A DNA stretch of 32,000 nt, from assembly GCF_018398935.1 (NCBI RefSeq), contig NZ_CP074694.1, positions 870,001-902,000 of the forward strand, given 5' to 3'. The DNA comes from Telmatocola sphagniphila. Its GTDB lineage: Bacteria > Planctomycetota > Planctomycetia > Gemmatales > Gemmataceae. The translations under genes and the position numbers were made by a program. Positions 9,801 to 17,131 of the stretch are shown here, piece by piece (position 1 is the first letter of the stretch; each line of letters opens with the position of its first letter). The notes beneath the pieces are model-generated. The model made no database searches and was not told the DNA's origin. It worked only from the letters and a program-made list of their open reading frames with translations.

Positions 9801-10316
9801 ATCCTTCACGGGAATTTCGGGATCGGAAATGATGTCGGCTCGAATGACCTTCTTTCCCACCGCCTCGGCAATACTGTGCACCGGGGAATCGAAAGTGAGA
9901 ATACCCCGGTCGGAATGAAGCGTGGTTATCTCCTGCATGCCATCCGGGCCTTTGTTTTTGCCGAAGACGGCTATACTCAGCGGCGAAGCAAATAGACGGC
10001 CGTCATCGGAGAAGGCTTTTCCATTCGACTGTTTCTCCAGGGTGGCCGCGAGAACGACCCCCTTCGAACCCAGATTCATCTTCATCCCGTAATCGAGTTC
10101 GGCACAGTTAGCGCCAAACGCGACGATCAATTGCTCTTCGATGGGAGATCGAGTGGTGGGAGGAATGAACTCCTGCTGATCGGCGACCTGCGCGAATCTC
10201 TCCGGCAACGGCGGCAGGCCATCGACGCGACCCAGGAGTTGTGCGTAGACGAAGTATCCGAGGATACTCAGCGAGAGTCCCAGCACGGTCAGTAGTATTC
10301 GTCGTGGCGTGTGCAT
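6807..10316 (-). CDS. Large N-terminally membrane-anchored envelope protein; putative concatenated OstA/LptA-like modules
   Basis: 1169 aa. The N-terminus is RRILLTVLGLSLSILGYFVYAQLL, a single TM anchor. Recurrent segments resemble LptA/LptC beta-jellyroll sequence patterns, for example AEGDVRVLGDDIDANAEIVKYDESKTMLTFIGTG, ASGNDLVYEAATRTTILKG and ICVGNVEVEQ. These are separated by Pro-rich linkers. The gene follows kdsD-kdsC in the operon. The coding call is solid; the functional call is tentative. Confidence 0.8.
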   Translation of the reverse strand: MHTPRRILLTVLGLSLSILGYFVYAQLLGRVDGLPPLPERFAQVADQQEFIPPTTRSPIEEQLIVAFGANCAELDYGMKMNLGSKGVVLAATLEKQSNGKAFSDDGRLFASPLSIAVFGKNKGPDGMQEITTLHSDRGILTFDSPVHSIAEAVGKKVIRADIISDPEIPVKDARKGRIHIRNNRKSQTPDDDIEIMTVGPMFYIDNHKADVPAMVTTDAIMELYDWQNNRSMTGKFKVGGKVPTLLARGMRMYLKSDAEPDPKVKKKEDTDRKINGVDHIDLLSDVTMNFWSDSQSNFLSGGNAPPTAPGKKPDDSDLSIVQIETQGSFHYDMIKDIGVFHNAPSLNPNLPNYVRVTRKAKTENLDILKCDHLLLEFERVKNTPPAPANFNSNTAQAAPLPPPTTPPSDETQMQIKRAHAWGLAIAISSDAEKLNASGNDLVYEAATRTTILKGAKDEGIYAVKEGNVMRGLELYLKSNAPVNDAKDPKAAPAKNPGGSNGIREARVRGPGTIGMGEFDTTTHSHVQNANWNDWMYFERIVEDNQQLQFLRFTGKASFIDTKAKQSLKGEEIRVWLKDNDQNGTPVATVPTPLKPVTGTETVAKSQPRPVRLEANQHVFMNSPDMNLRDADQLFVYIKDIPTPGPGPNPNLQKPMPPSSTLNGKPSGPTTATNPADKNAPPKPEEKKDEPIFIKAKRMDAWVLRKDGKHELDKAICVGNVEVEQAPPADKKNERGMLMLAHILELQHHGENLHTLTLKAENDVVAQIKPAELHREELSLNGPIIVIDQRDNHAQVIGRGGLRMKTSSTMQGEQLKKDANIFIYWKDSMEFDGAGKWARFIGAVQAEQEDGSAKVLSTIMQVDLDRPVYFRTTTPNDKTNTPKENPKIDRVRCERGEVNPLKPNDVPQVLAIEEKWENKKLISYQRLVAEELDYENVLDNGKPIAAPVKNAPPPQTYGNTKAHGPGKIRIFKEGGSDFLDGTSGPNKPPQQQPKKKDSLQGETEPEMKLTWIEFEQQMQTFGKQRAKFLGPTTVIHVPAKDHEMKIEKGAMLPGSIQMDSKKSLEISTVEMLDELKQTKTFHRMDAEGDVRVLGDDIDANAEIVKYDESKTMLTFIGTGSNPARLIQFKGTGNVANTLIGVIIKYNIKTKTPQVERGFSSSSNTSPGSGK

Positions 10317-10357
10317 ATCGAGTCAATCGGGCGAAAGTTAGTATTCCTCGAACAAAT

Positions 10358-10927
10358 TCAATCCGACTTCTGGTGTTCCTGACCGCGAGCCGTCAGATCC
10401 GACTTTATCAGATTCGGCCGGAGGAGTAGATCCTGAGAGTCCTCGGAATTAGCAGTTCTCAGAGTAGTTTGTTTGCTCAGAAACAGACTCGGCTCTTGCG
10501 TCTCTCTCGTCACGAACAACGGCTTCAAATCGAAGATCGTGAGATAATTCCAGATCGCGTCTCCTTTATCGCCCAGAACTGTACCGGGAACGATCACCGC
10601 CGTTTCCCAGGAAGCAGAACCGAGAGTCTGCTCCGGAATGGTCCGGGCGGCCACTCGGAAGATTTCGGTCTTCTGCTGGATCGGCGCATCTTCATAGCGA
10701 GTTGGAATCAGCATAAAGGCGGAGGCGTACTTGGAATTCGGCTTGGGAACACTGCGGTCCGCGGGAAGGCCAGCCGGATCGGATGGGGTTTGATTTTCGA
10801 TCAGATAATCCAGCTTGTGGAGAATATGGAACTGTTGGATCCTCCTACCACTCTCTGCGGATCGTTCTTGCGCAGGGCATACAGTGAGCATCAGTAGAAG
10901 TGCCGATAGCAGAACTAGGTATTTCAT
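10358..10927 (-). CDS. Hypothetical secreted protein or possible lipoprotein
   Basis: 189 aa. The signal-like N-terminus is MKYLVLLSALLLMLTVCPAQ, where the Cys after LTV is a non-canonical lipobox. It starts 10 nt after the kdsC stop and ends 41 nt before the giant gene. I recognise no family motif. Confidence 0.65.
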   Translation of the reverse strand: MKYLVLLSALLLMLTVCPAQERSAESGRRIQQFHILHKLDYLIENQTPSDPAGLPADRSVPKPNSKYASAFMLIPTRYEDAPIQQKTEIFRVAARTIPEQTLGSASWETAVIVPGTVLGDKGDAIWNYLTIFDLKPLFVTRETQEPSLFLSKQTTLRTANSEDSQDLLLRPNLIKSDLTARGQEHQKSD

Positions 10928-10937
10928 CCTCTATCCT

Positions 10938-11477
10938 CTAAACCTGGTTCGCGTAACGAAGTACCACTTCATTCCACCGACCCTGGGCTTTTAGTATCCA
11001 TTCGATCGTTTCGCGCACGGCTCCCCGTCCCCCAGGTTGCTGGGTCACATAGTCCGCCACCGCTCGCATTTCCTGCACGCCATCTGCTACCGTTACGGCG
11101 ATGCCGCAGCAATTCATCAGAGCCAACTCCGGTAAATCGTCGCCGATACAGCAAGATTCCTCGATTTTGAAATTCAACTCCTCGGAGAGTATTCGCAAAG
11201 CGGCCTGCTTATTTCCGACACCTTGCAGCACTTTCGCTACATCCGTTTCCTTGGCCCGGCGATCGACCAAAGGTGAACTGCGGCCGCTGATAATCACACT
11301 GCGGTATCCGAGGGAATGCCACCAGCGCAGTGCGATTCCGTCCCGGACATGGAAGGGACGCAGTTCCGTATTCTGATCGCTGTAGAAGATGCTGCCGTCG
11401 GTCAGAACGCCGTCAACGTCCAAAACGAGGACGTTGATGCGAGTCAAACGCTCGGTCAGTGGCGGTTTAGGATTCAT
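10938..11477 (-). CDS. kdsC: 3-deoxy-D-manno-octulosonate 8-phosphate phosphatase (HAD family, KdsC)
   Basis: HAD motif I is VLVLDVDGVLTDG, followed by RDG, SGR and GDDLPE motifs typical of KdsC. I chose the start at ATG 11477 (MNPKPP...), which forms an ATGA overlap with the kdsD stop. The longer ORF to 11621 would overlap kdsD by about 150 nt. Confidence 0.8.
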   Translation of the reverse strand: MNPKPPLTERLTRINVLVLDVDGVLTDGSIFYSDQNTELRPFHVRDGIALRWWHSLGYRSVIISGRSSPLVDRRAKETDVAKVLQGVGNKQAALRILSEELNFKIEESCCIGDDLPELALMNCCGIAVTVADGVQEMRAVADYVTQQPGGRGAVRETIEWILKAQGRWNEVVLRYANQV

Positions 11478-12526
11478 GCCGATTGACGCTCCCACAAGCG
11501 AACCTTCGGGGTCGCTTCCAAAGGATCGTGCAAGGGATCGACGCCGATCAAATCGGTGATATCCAACAAGCCGATCGGTCGACCGACCGCGTCGATCACC
11601 GGTAACTCGCTGATCTTGCAATCGCGGAAAATGCTAATGGCTTCCTGCACCTTGGCGGTGGCAAATATCGTTTTGGGGTTGGCCGTCATCACTTGAGCGA
11701 TTGGCAGATCGAAGGCATTATCCTCCCGGCGCTCGAACAGTTTGGCCAGATCGCTATCGGTGAAGATTCCCATTAACAAGCCGGTTTCATCAACCAGCAT
11801 GATCGCGCCGGTCCGGCGACCCGGGAGGCAGGATTCCGAAAAGACCTGGCGAACCGTATGACTTTGCGAGGCGATTCGGAGTTCCGTACCGCGACGCATG
11901 ACCGTATCGACAATGGCTAATTTCCGGCCAAGACTCCCGGCCGGATGGAAGCGAGCAAAATCTTCGGAAGTGAATGCCCGCAGTTCGACGAGCGAGAAGG
12001 CAAGGGCATCGCCCAGGGCCATCATTACCGTCGTACTGGTACTGGGTGCCAGATTCAGCGGGCAGGACTCGGCCAGTGAGCCGTAGATGATGGAGTGATC
12101 GGTCTGCTTGGCGAGTGTGCTGCGCGGATTGCCCGTCATACCAATGAGTTGATGAGCAATGCCTTTTAATGCGGGAAGCAATCGAAGAATCTCTTCGCTC
12201 TCCCCACTGTGGGACAGGATTAAAACGATGTCTTCTGGATGGACCATTCCCAGATCGCCGTGCATGGCCCGGGTGGCATCGAGAAGATAGGCGCGAGTGC
12301 CCGTGGAATTCAACGTGCCGACGATCTTCTGGGCTACATCGAAAGATTTGCCCACTCCCGTCACGCCCAGTCGGCCGCGACAGCCATAAATGGCCTGCAC
12401 CACCTGTTCGAAACCGGGATCGAGTTTTTCCGCGACCTGATTCAAGGCCTGCGCTTCGATGTGGAGAACCCGTTTCGCAACGTTCAGCGACAGCGGATGC
12501 CCATCCGAGGTTGCACGCAAAGTCAT
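11474..12526 (-). CDS. kdsD: Arabinose-5-phosphate isomerase (SIS domain plus tandem CBS domains, KdsD/KpsF family)
   Basis: 350 aa. SIS motifs are GRLGVTGVGKS and ILSHSGESEE. The C-terminal CBS pair includes GAIMLVDETGLLMGIFTDSDL and LPVIDAVGRPIGLLDITDL. Confidence 0.85.
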   Translation of the reverse strand: MTLRATSDGHPLSLNVAKRVLHIEAQALNQVAEKLDPGFEQVVQAIYGCRGRLGVTGVGKSFDVAQKIVGTLNSTGTRAYLLDATRAMHGDLGMVHPEDIVLILSHSGESEEILRLLPALKGIAHQLIGMTGNPRSTLAKQTDHSIIYGSLAESCPLNLAPSTSTTVMMALGDALAFSLVELRAFTSEDFARFHPAGSLGRKLAIVDTVMRRGTELRIASQSHTVRQVFSESCLPGRRTGAIMLVDETGLLMGIFTDSDLAKLFERREDNAFDLPIAQVMTANPKTIFATAKVQEAISIFRDCKISELPVIDAVGRPIGLLDITDLIGVDPLHDPLEATPKVRLWERQSA

Positions 12527-12598
12527 TGATCCTTCCTTGGATGACTTTCCAGACGGATTTGGTCATCAACTAACAACCACATGCTTACCCGCGATGGC

Positions 12599-12634
12599 AA
12601 AAAAAAACAACACCGGCTTACGTCCGGTGTTGTT
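12599..12634 (-). terminator. Intrinsic terminator of the 12660..13388 gene
   Basis: A perfect 11-bp stem (AACAACACCGG / CCGGTGTTGTT) with a 7-nt loop. On the minus strand it is followed by a run of at least 7 T (A-run 12599-12607 on the plus strand). Confidence 0.75.
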
Positions 12635-12659
12635 GGTATCTTGCGTCGCTTGCTTATCT

Positions 12660-13388
12660 TTACATTTCGCAGAGCGAAAGATAAAGCTGAGCCAAGTGTT
12701 TCCAGCCCGATTGAGCGGGAAGACCTGCTACGGCTTCCTGAAGATCCTTGCGGGCCGATTCACGTTCGCCGAGGAAGATCTTGGCCATACCGCGATTCAG
12801 GCAGATGACCGGATTCGAAGGCTGAATCTTCCAAACTCGGAGGGCCTCGGCATGTTCGCCTCGCATCCAAAGAGTCGAAGCCGCTTCATTTCCGCGGACC
12901 CAGGTTTCCAGACCCTGGCAGCGATTGAGCAATTCCTGAGCCAGATCGAAAGCACCGGCCAGTCGGGCCACACCAACCGCTAACAGGATTTCTTCGCCGG
13001 TCTTCTTGTTTAATTTTTCCTGATTCAAGTTATTCAGAACGCAATCGGCCACCTTAGGAGTCGATTTGATCTGAACCGTTTTGAGCAGACGGGGAATATC
13101 GCTCACCTGTTGAGGATAATTTCCGATCGCACAGGGCAAAGCCACGATCATGCTGTCCAGAAAAGCGTAGCTGGACCATTCATTCGAGAGGGCTGCAGCG
13201 GCTTTGTTCTGGCCGTACAATTTGGCGAGGGTTTGAACCTCATTCCAGGCCGTGACGGGATCGACTTTGACGCCGGCGGAAGAATCGTAAGGTTCAACTA
13301 GGCCGAAGTTTGCATCGAATTCGGTATCGCAGACAAACGAATCCAGAACTCGGTTCATCAATTCTTCGATATTTGGAAGCGTAGTCAT
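12660..13388 (-). CDS. Hypothetical protein (helical, TPR-like C-terminal part)
   Basis: 242-aa ORF with its own terminator and a GGAGA Shine-Dalgarno 7 nt upstream of the ATG. I recognise no family signature. Confidence 0.65.
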   Translation of the reverse strand: MTTLPNIEELMNRVLDSFVCDTEFDANFGLVEPYDSSAGVKVDPVTAWNEVQTLAKLYGQNKAAAALSNEWSSYAFLDSMIVALPCAIGNYPQQVSDIPRLLKTVQIKSTPKVADCVLNNLNQEKLNKKTGEEILLAVGVARLAGAFDLAQELLNRCQGLETWVRGNEAASTLWMRGEHAEALRVWKIQPSNPVICLNRGMAKIFLGERESARKDLQEAVAGLPAQSGWKHLAQLYLSLCEM

Positions 13389-13729
13389 GATTCGTCTCCG
13401 TCTGGCAATTTCAATTTCACTTTACATGAAAGAGACGAATGAAGCGACTGTACTTGCGCAACAGCTTCCAGAAAAGTGTTGCACCTACAGATTCTAACGA
13501 AAATTAGTGGATCTTACCCAAATTGACTCTGACGATTGTATATTTGTTTGGTACAAATCGGCTATTTGATCAGGTGCCTTCCGCTTTTCCGGCTCCGACA
13601 TTCTACCCAAACTATTGAACTTGGAGACATTGCAACGATAACTTCGGACTTTCTGAGACTGTCTGGATTCTCTTTCATAAGCTAATCAAGTCTCAGACAC
13701 GACTATACACCAGGGTAGGATTGGGCCGA

Positions 13730-15346
13730 ATGGCGAAGCATATTTTTGTGACCGGCGGAGTAGTCAGTTCGCTGGGTAAAGGCATCACTTGCGCGTCGAT
13801 CGGCATGCTGCTCGAACGTCGCGGTTTGCGGATTCGCCTCCAGAAGTTTGATCCCTATATCAACGTCGATCCCGGTACCATGTCCCCTTATCAGCATGGT
13901 GAAGTGTACGTAACGGACGATGGAGCCGAGACCGATCTCGACTTGGGCCATTACGAACGGTACACAAACGTTCCGCTCAACCGGGACTGTAATTACACCA
14001 CCGGTCGAATCTACTCGACTGTGATCGCCAAAGAACGCAAGGGCGATTACAAGGGCAAGACCGTTCAGGTCATACCTCATGTGACCAATGAAATCAAAGC
14101 GGCTATTCGCACGTTAGCCACGGAAGATGTGGATATCTGCATCACCGAAATCGGCGGCACTGTCGGCGATATCGAAGGCATGCCGTTTTTCGAAGCCATC
14201 CGCCAGTTCGCACTAGATATCGGCAAGCAGAACTGCCTCTACATTCACCTGACGCTGGTTCCCTACTTGAAGGCCGCCGGGGAAGCCAAAACCAAGCCGA
14301 CCCAGCACAGCGTCATGGAACTGCGGAAGATCGGTATCCAGCCTGATGTGCTGATCTGTCGCACTGAGCGGGAACTTCACAAGGACGATGCGGAAAAGAT
14401 CGCCCAGTTCTGTAACGTCGAAAGGCGGGCGGTGATCGAAGAACGGGATAAGGAAGTTACAGTCTATGAAGTTCCCGTCAGCCTGAAGAACAACAAACTC
14501 GACGAATTCATCATCGAGAAGTTCCAGCTGAAAAATGCTCAGCCGATCCAAATGGATGATTGGCTGGGAATCATCGAAACGATCAAGAATCCCAAGCACG
14601 AAGTCACGATTGCCGTTGTCGGTAAATACGTGAAGCATGCCGACGCGTACAAATCGGTTTACGAAGCGTTGATGCACGCCGGGATTGCCAACGAAGCCAA
14701 AGTCATCGTGAAAAAGGTCTCGGCGGAACATATCGAGCGGGATGGCCTGGAAAAGTTCATGGCGAACATTGATGGACTTCTGGTGCCCGGCGGTTTCGAC
14801 GTCCGTGGGATTCAGGGGAAATTGGATGCCATCCGTCACGCCCGCGAATCCAAATTGCCTTTCTTTGGCATCTGCCTGGGACTCCAGTGTGCGGCGATTG
14901 AATTTGCCCGAAACGTTGTGGGCCTCTCTGATGCGAATTCCACTGAATTCACCAAGACGTCCTCGAATTTTCTGGTCTGCATGCTCAGCGAGTTGAAAGG
15001 GGTTACCAACCTGGGAGGCACCATGCGGTTGGGGGCTTACAACTGCCGGTTGCAGGCCGGCACCCGAGCCTATGCCGCATATAAGAAAGAGATCATCTCA
15101 GAACGGCATCGTCATCGCTATGAAGTAAACAACGACTATCGTGGAATCCTGCAACAGCATGGACTGGTGATTGCGGGTACTACGCTGGATAATTCGCTTG
15201 TGGAAGTGATTGAGTTGAAGGACCATCCCTGGTTTCTGGCCGTGCAGTGTCATCCGGAGTTCAAATCTAAACCGAATGAGGCTCACCCCTTGTTCCGGGA
15301 CTTCATCACCGCGGCCTTGAAACACAAAGCCGAGCGCAAAAAATAA
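13730..15346 (+). CDS. pyrG: CTP synthase
   Basis: The N-terminus is [19 protein letters not shown]. The C-terminal glutamine amidotransferase domain has GICLGLQ and [11 protein letters not shown] 13730 is preferred over TTG 13721 because GGTAGGA lies 10 nt upstream. Confidence 0.95.
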   Translation: MAKHIFVTGGVVSSLGKGITCASIGMLLERRGLRIRLQKFDPYINVDPGTMSPYQHGEVYVTDDGAETDLDLGHYERYTNVPLNRDCNYTTGRIYSTVIAKERKGDYKGKTVQVIPHVTNEIKAAIRTLATEDVDICITEIGGTVGDIEGMPFFEAIRQFALDIGKQNCLYIHLTLVPYLKAAGEAKTKPTQHSVMELRKIGIQPDVLICRTERELHKDDAEKIAQFCNVERRAVIEERDKEVTVYEVPVSLKNNKLDEFIIEKFQLKNAQPIQMDDWLGIIETIKNPKHEVTIAVVGKYVKHADAYKSVYEALMHAGIANEAKVIVKKVSAEHIERDGLEKFMANIDGLLVPGGFDVRGIQGKLDAIRHARESKLPFFGICLGLQCAAIEFARNVVGLSDANSTEFTKTSSNFLVCMLSELKGVTNLGGTMRLGAYNCRLQAGTRAYAAYKKEIISERHRHRYEVNNDYRGILQQHGLVIAGTTLDNSLVEVIELKDHPWFLAVQCHPEFKSKPNEAHPLFRDFITAALKHKAERKK

Positions 15347-15371
15347 GGCGGGACGTTAGCCCGCCTATTTT
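15346..15371. terminator. Bidirectional intrinsic terminator
   Basis: GGCGGG-(7 nt)-CCCGCC is flanked by AAAAAATAA upstream and TATTTT downstream. It lies between the convergent pyrG and the cupredoxin-like gene. Confidence 0.55.
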
Positions 15372-15385
15372 GCAAATGTTCGAAA

Positions 15386-16279
15386 TTATTTGCCTTCGGT
15401 CGGTTTGAGTTTGAATTCGATCGGATCCAGAGCCGTTTTGCCCGGTGTTAAATCAATTTTTACACCAAGCCGTCCTTTCGCAGGAGTTCCCGCCCAACTC
15501 CAACCTTGGCTTTCATGCCAGATGGCCAAGTTGAATTTTCCTACAGGTGCATCTTTAATCTCAAATTTCCCATCGGCATCGGTTACTGCAAAATAGGGAT
15601 GATCGAATACGAAGATTTTCGCGTTCATCCAACCATGGATGCTGCAACTCAAGCTAAGCGGGAAAAGATCAGCTTTGATGAGGCCAACGTCGTGTTGCCC
15701 GCCGGACGGAATCAAAGGATTAATATCGATGTTGCCGCCGGCCAATTTCGCATTGTGTGGTATGCTCGCACTATTTTTTATGATTAGTGATTGGCCTTCC
15801 TGCATTGCGAGGACGTGCGGGATGAATGAGCAGCAGGGTTGGTCGATTTCCGCATTCGGTTTTGCCGGTTTGGCGACTTTAGGATTGATCGAATCGGCTG
15901 GGAATTTGTCCCCTCGCTTGAACCCTTCGGGAACCAGGTAAACGACTGCATTTCGGATGCCGCGATTTTTCGGGTTAATCACCCAGGTCTCATCGCTGAA
16001 CGGGCCGTCTTTCAGGCAGGCTTGTACGTCTTTATTTGGCGTGATATTCGCCATGACCGGGATTTTTTCGTTCTTGGGGAAAAGAATTTGCCCGGTGATC
16101 GTCGTCCATTCGCCCTGAGCGTTATTCGATTCGGCATTGGCCGAAGTGGTTTTAACGAAAGAGGATTGAATAGATTTTTCGGAACTGGAGGGCTGTTGCG
16201 CGAAAGCCGTTCCGACGGTCAAAACAGGGACGCTTACAATCGAAGCAGCAATCATAAATTTACGGAAATTCATCAACAT
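15386..16279 (-). CDS. Secreted cupredoxin-like protein with a C-terminal beta-sandwich (carboxypeptidase-regulatory-like) region
   Basis: The signal peptide is FMIAASIVSVPVLTVGTAFAQQ. A possible type-1 copper ligand pattern runs IPHN ... CSIHGWM (His...Cys-x2-His-x2-Met), followed by HPYFAVTDADGKFEIKDAPVGKFNLAIWHE. The start is set at ATG 16279, downstream of GAGGTG. Confidence 0.55.
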   Translation of the reverse strand: MLMNFRKFMIAASIVSVPVLTVGTAFAQQPSSSEKSIQSSFVKTTSANAESNNAQGEWTTITGQILFPKNEKIPVMANITPNKDVQACLKDGPFSDETWVINPKNRGIRNAVVYLVPEGFKRGDKFPADSINPKVAKPAKPNAEIDQPCCSFIPHVLAMQEGQSLIIKNSASIPHNAKLAGGNIDINPLIPSGGQHDVGLIKADLFPLSLSCSIHGWMNAKIFVFDHPYFAVTDADGKFEIKDAPVGKFNLAIWHESQGWSWAGTPAKGRLGVKIDLTPGKTALDPIEFKLKPTEGK

Positions 16280-16357
16280 TCTACACCTCAATAAGGAAAA
16301 GGGAGGCTAAGGCAGGTTAAGTCTATTATACCTTAAACCGCACTTTTCGACTCGAAT

Positions 16358-17128
16358 CTAACCGTTAATTATTCGAAGAACTTCCCCATGTAACAAGCCA
16401 TTTGTCGCTAGAACTTGCGGAACATCGATGCGAGGAGTTCCCGTCCAATCGCTAAACATGCCCCCCGCTTCCTCGACAATGACTTTCAGCGGGCAGACAT
16501 CCCATTCCTTGACTCCGGAATCGATTGCCACATCGACGGTTCCCTCCGCTAGAAGGGTGAAGCCGTAGAAATCTCCGAAGCCGCGAGTGCGATCGCACTG
16601 AGCTACCAAATCCAGAAACTGCTTCTCGCGATTTTCCTGTTGGAACAGGGTAATGCTGGTGTAAACGACCGTGGCCTTTTTGAGTGAATCGATCTGTGAA
16701 ACGTGTAATTGCTTTCCATCTCGGAATGAGCCATGTCCCTTCAGAGCGTGATAAGTCTGGCTCATGGCCGGGATGACCGCAATTCCTGCGATGACTTCTC
16801 CGTGAAATTTCAGGCCGAGCAAGGTAGCCCAGACGGGTACGCCACGAATGAAGTTGCGAGTTCCATCAATGGGATCGATCACCCACTGGTAGCCGGAGGA
16901 ACCTGGCTGATTACCGAACTCCTCCCCGAGGAATCCATCTTCCGGGAAGTTCTTGGAAATCTCCTGGCGAATGATCTCCTCCGAGGATTGATCGGCCAGC
17001 GTCACCGGACTTTGATCGGCTTTCCATTCGACGACGATGTCTTTGTTGAAGTAAGAAAGCGCATTTGCCCCCGCCTTCTGAGCTACCGTGATAGCGGCTT
17101 CATATCGGCGTTCCCAGTCGTGAGCCAT
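16358..17128 (-). CDS. Inositol monophosphatase family protein (possibly histidinol-phosphatase HisN)
   Basis: IMPase signatures are LGEE, WVIDPIDGTRNF and the VPVWATLL pattern. It is 256 aa. The ROK gene stop lies 3 nt upstream. Confidence 0.85.
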   Translation of the reverse strand: MAHDWERRYEAAITVAQKAGANALSYFNKDIVVEWKADQSPVTLADQSSEEIIRQEISKNFPEDGFLGEEFGNQPGSSGYQWVIDPIDGTRNFIRGVPVWATLLGLKFHGEVIAGIAVIPAMSQTYHALKGHGSFRDGKQLHVSQIDSLKKATVVYTSITLFQQENREKQFLDLVAQCDRTRGFGDFYGFTLLAEGTVDVAIDSGVKEWDVCPLKVIVEEAGGMFSDWTGTPRIDVPQVLATNGLLHGEVLRIING

Positions 17129-17131
17129 CTT

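Noticed and set aside
11478-11621. N-terminal extension of the kdsC ORF
   Set aside because: It would overlap kdsD by about 150 nt and adds an Arg-rich non-homologous leader. The ATG at 11477 gives a canonical KdsC N-terminus and an ATGA coupling.
11790-12569. 259-aa ORF on the same strand as kdsD in another frame
   Set aside because: It is an out-of-frame overlap with kdsD. The product is R/G/S-rich with no features, whereas the kdsD frame has full SIS and CBS motifs.
12459-12983. 174-aa plus-strand ORF
   Set aside because: It runs across the kdsD start, the intergenic terminator and the 3' end of the 242-aa gene in antisense. It is not plausible as a gene.
13652-13697. 9-bp inverted repeat (TCTGAGACT / AGTCTCAGA) in the pyrG leader, considered as a CTP-responsive attenuator like the one in Bacillus pyrG
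   Set aside because: The loop is about 28 nt and no U-tract follows the second arm. No G-rich initially-transcribed region or antiterminator alternative is evident, so there is insufficient support for an attenuator.
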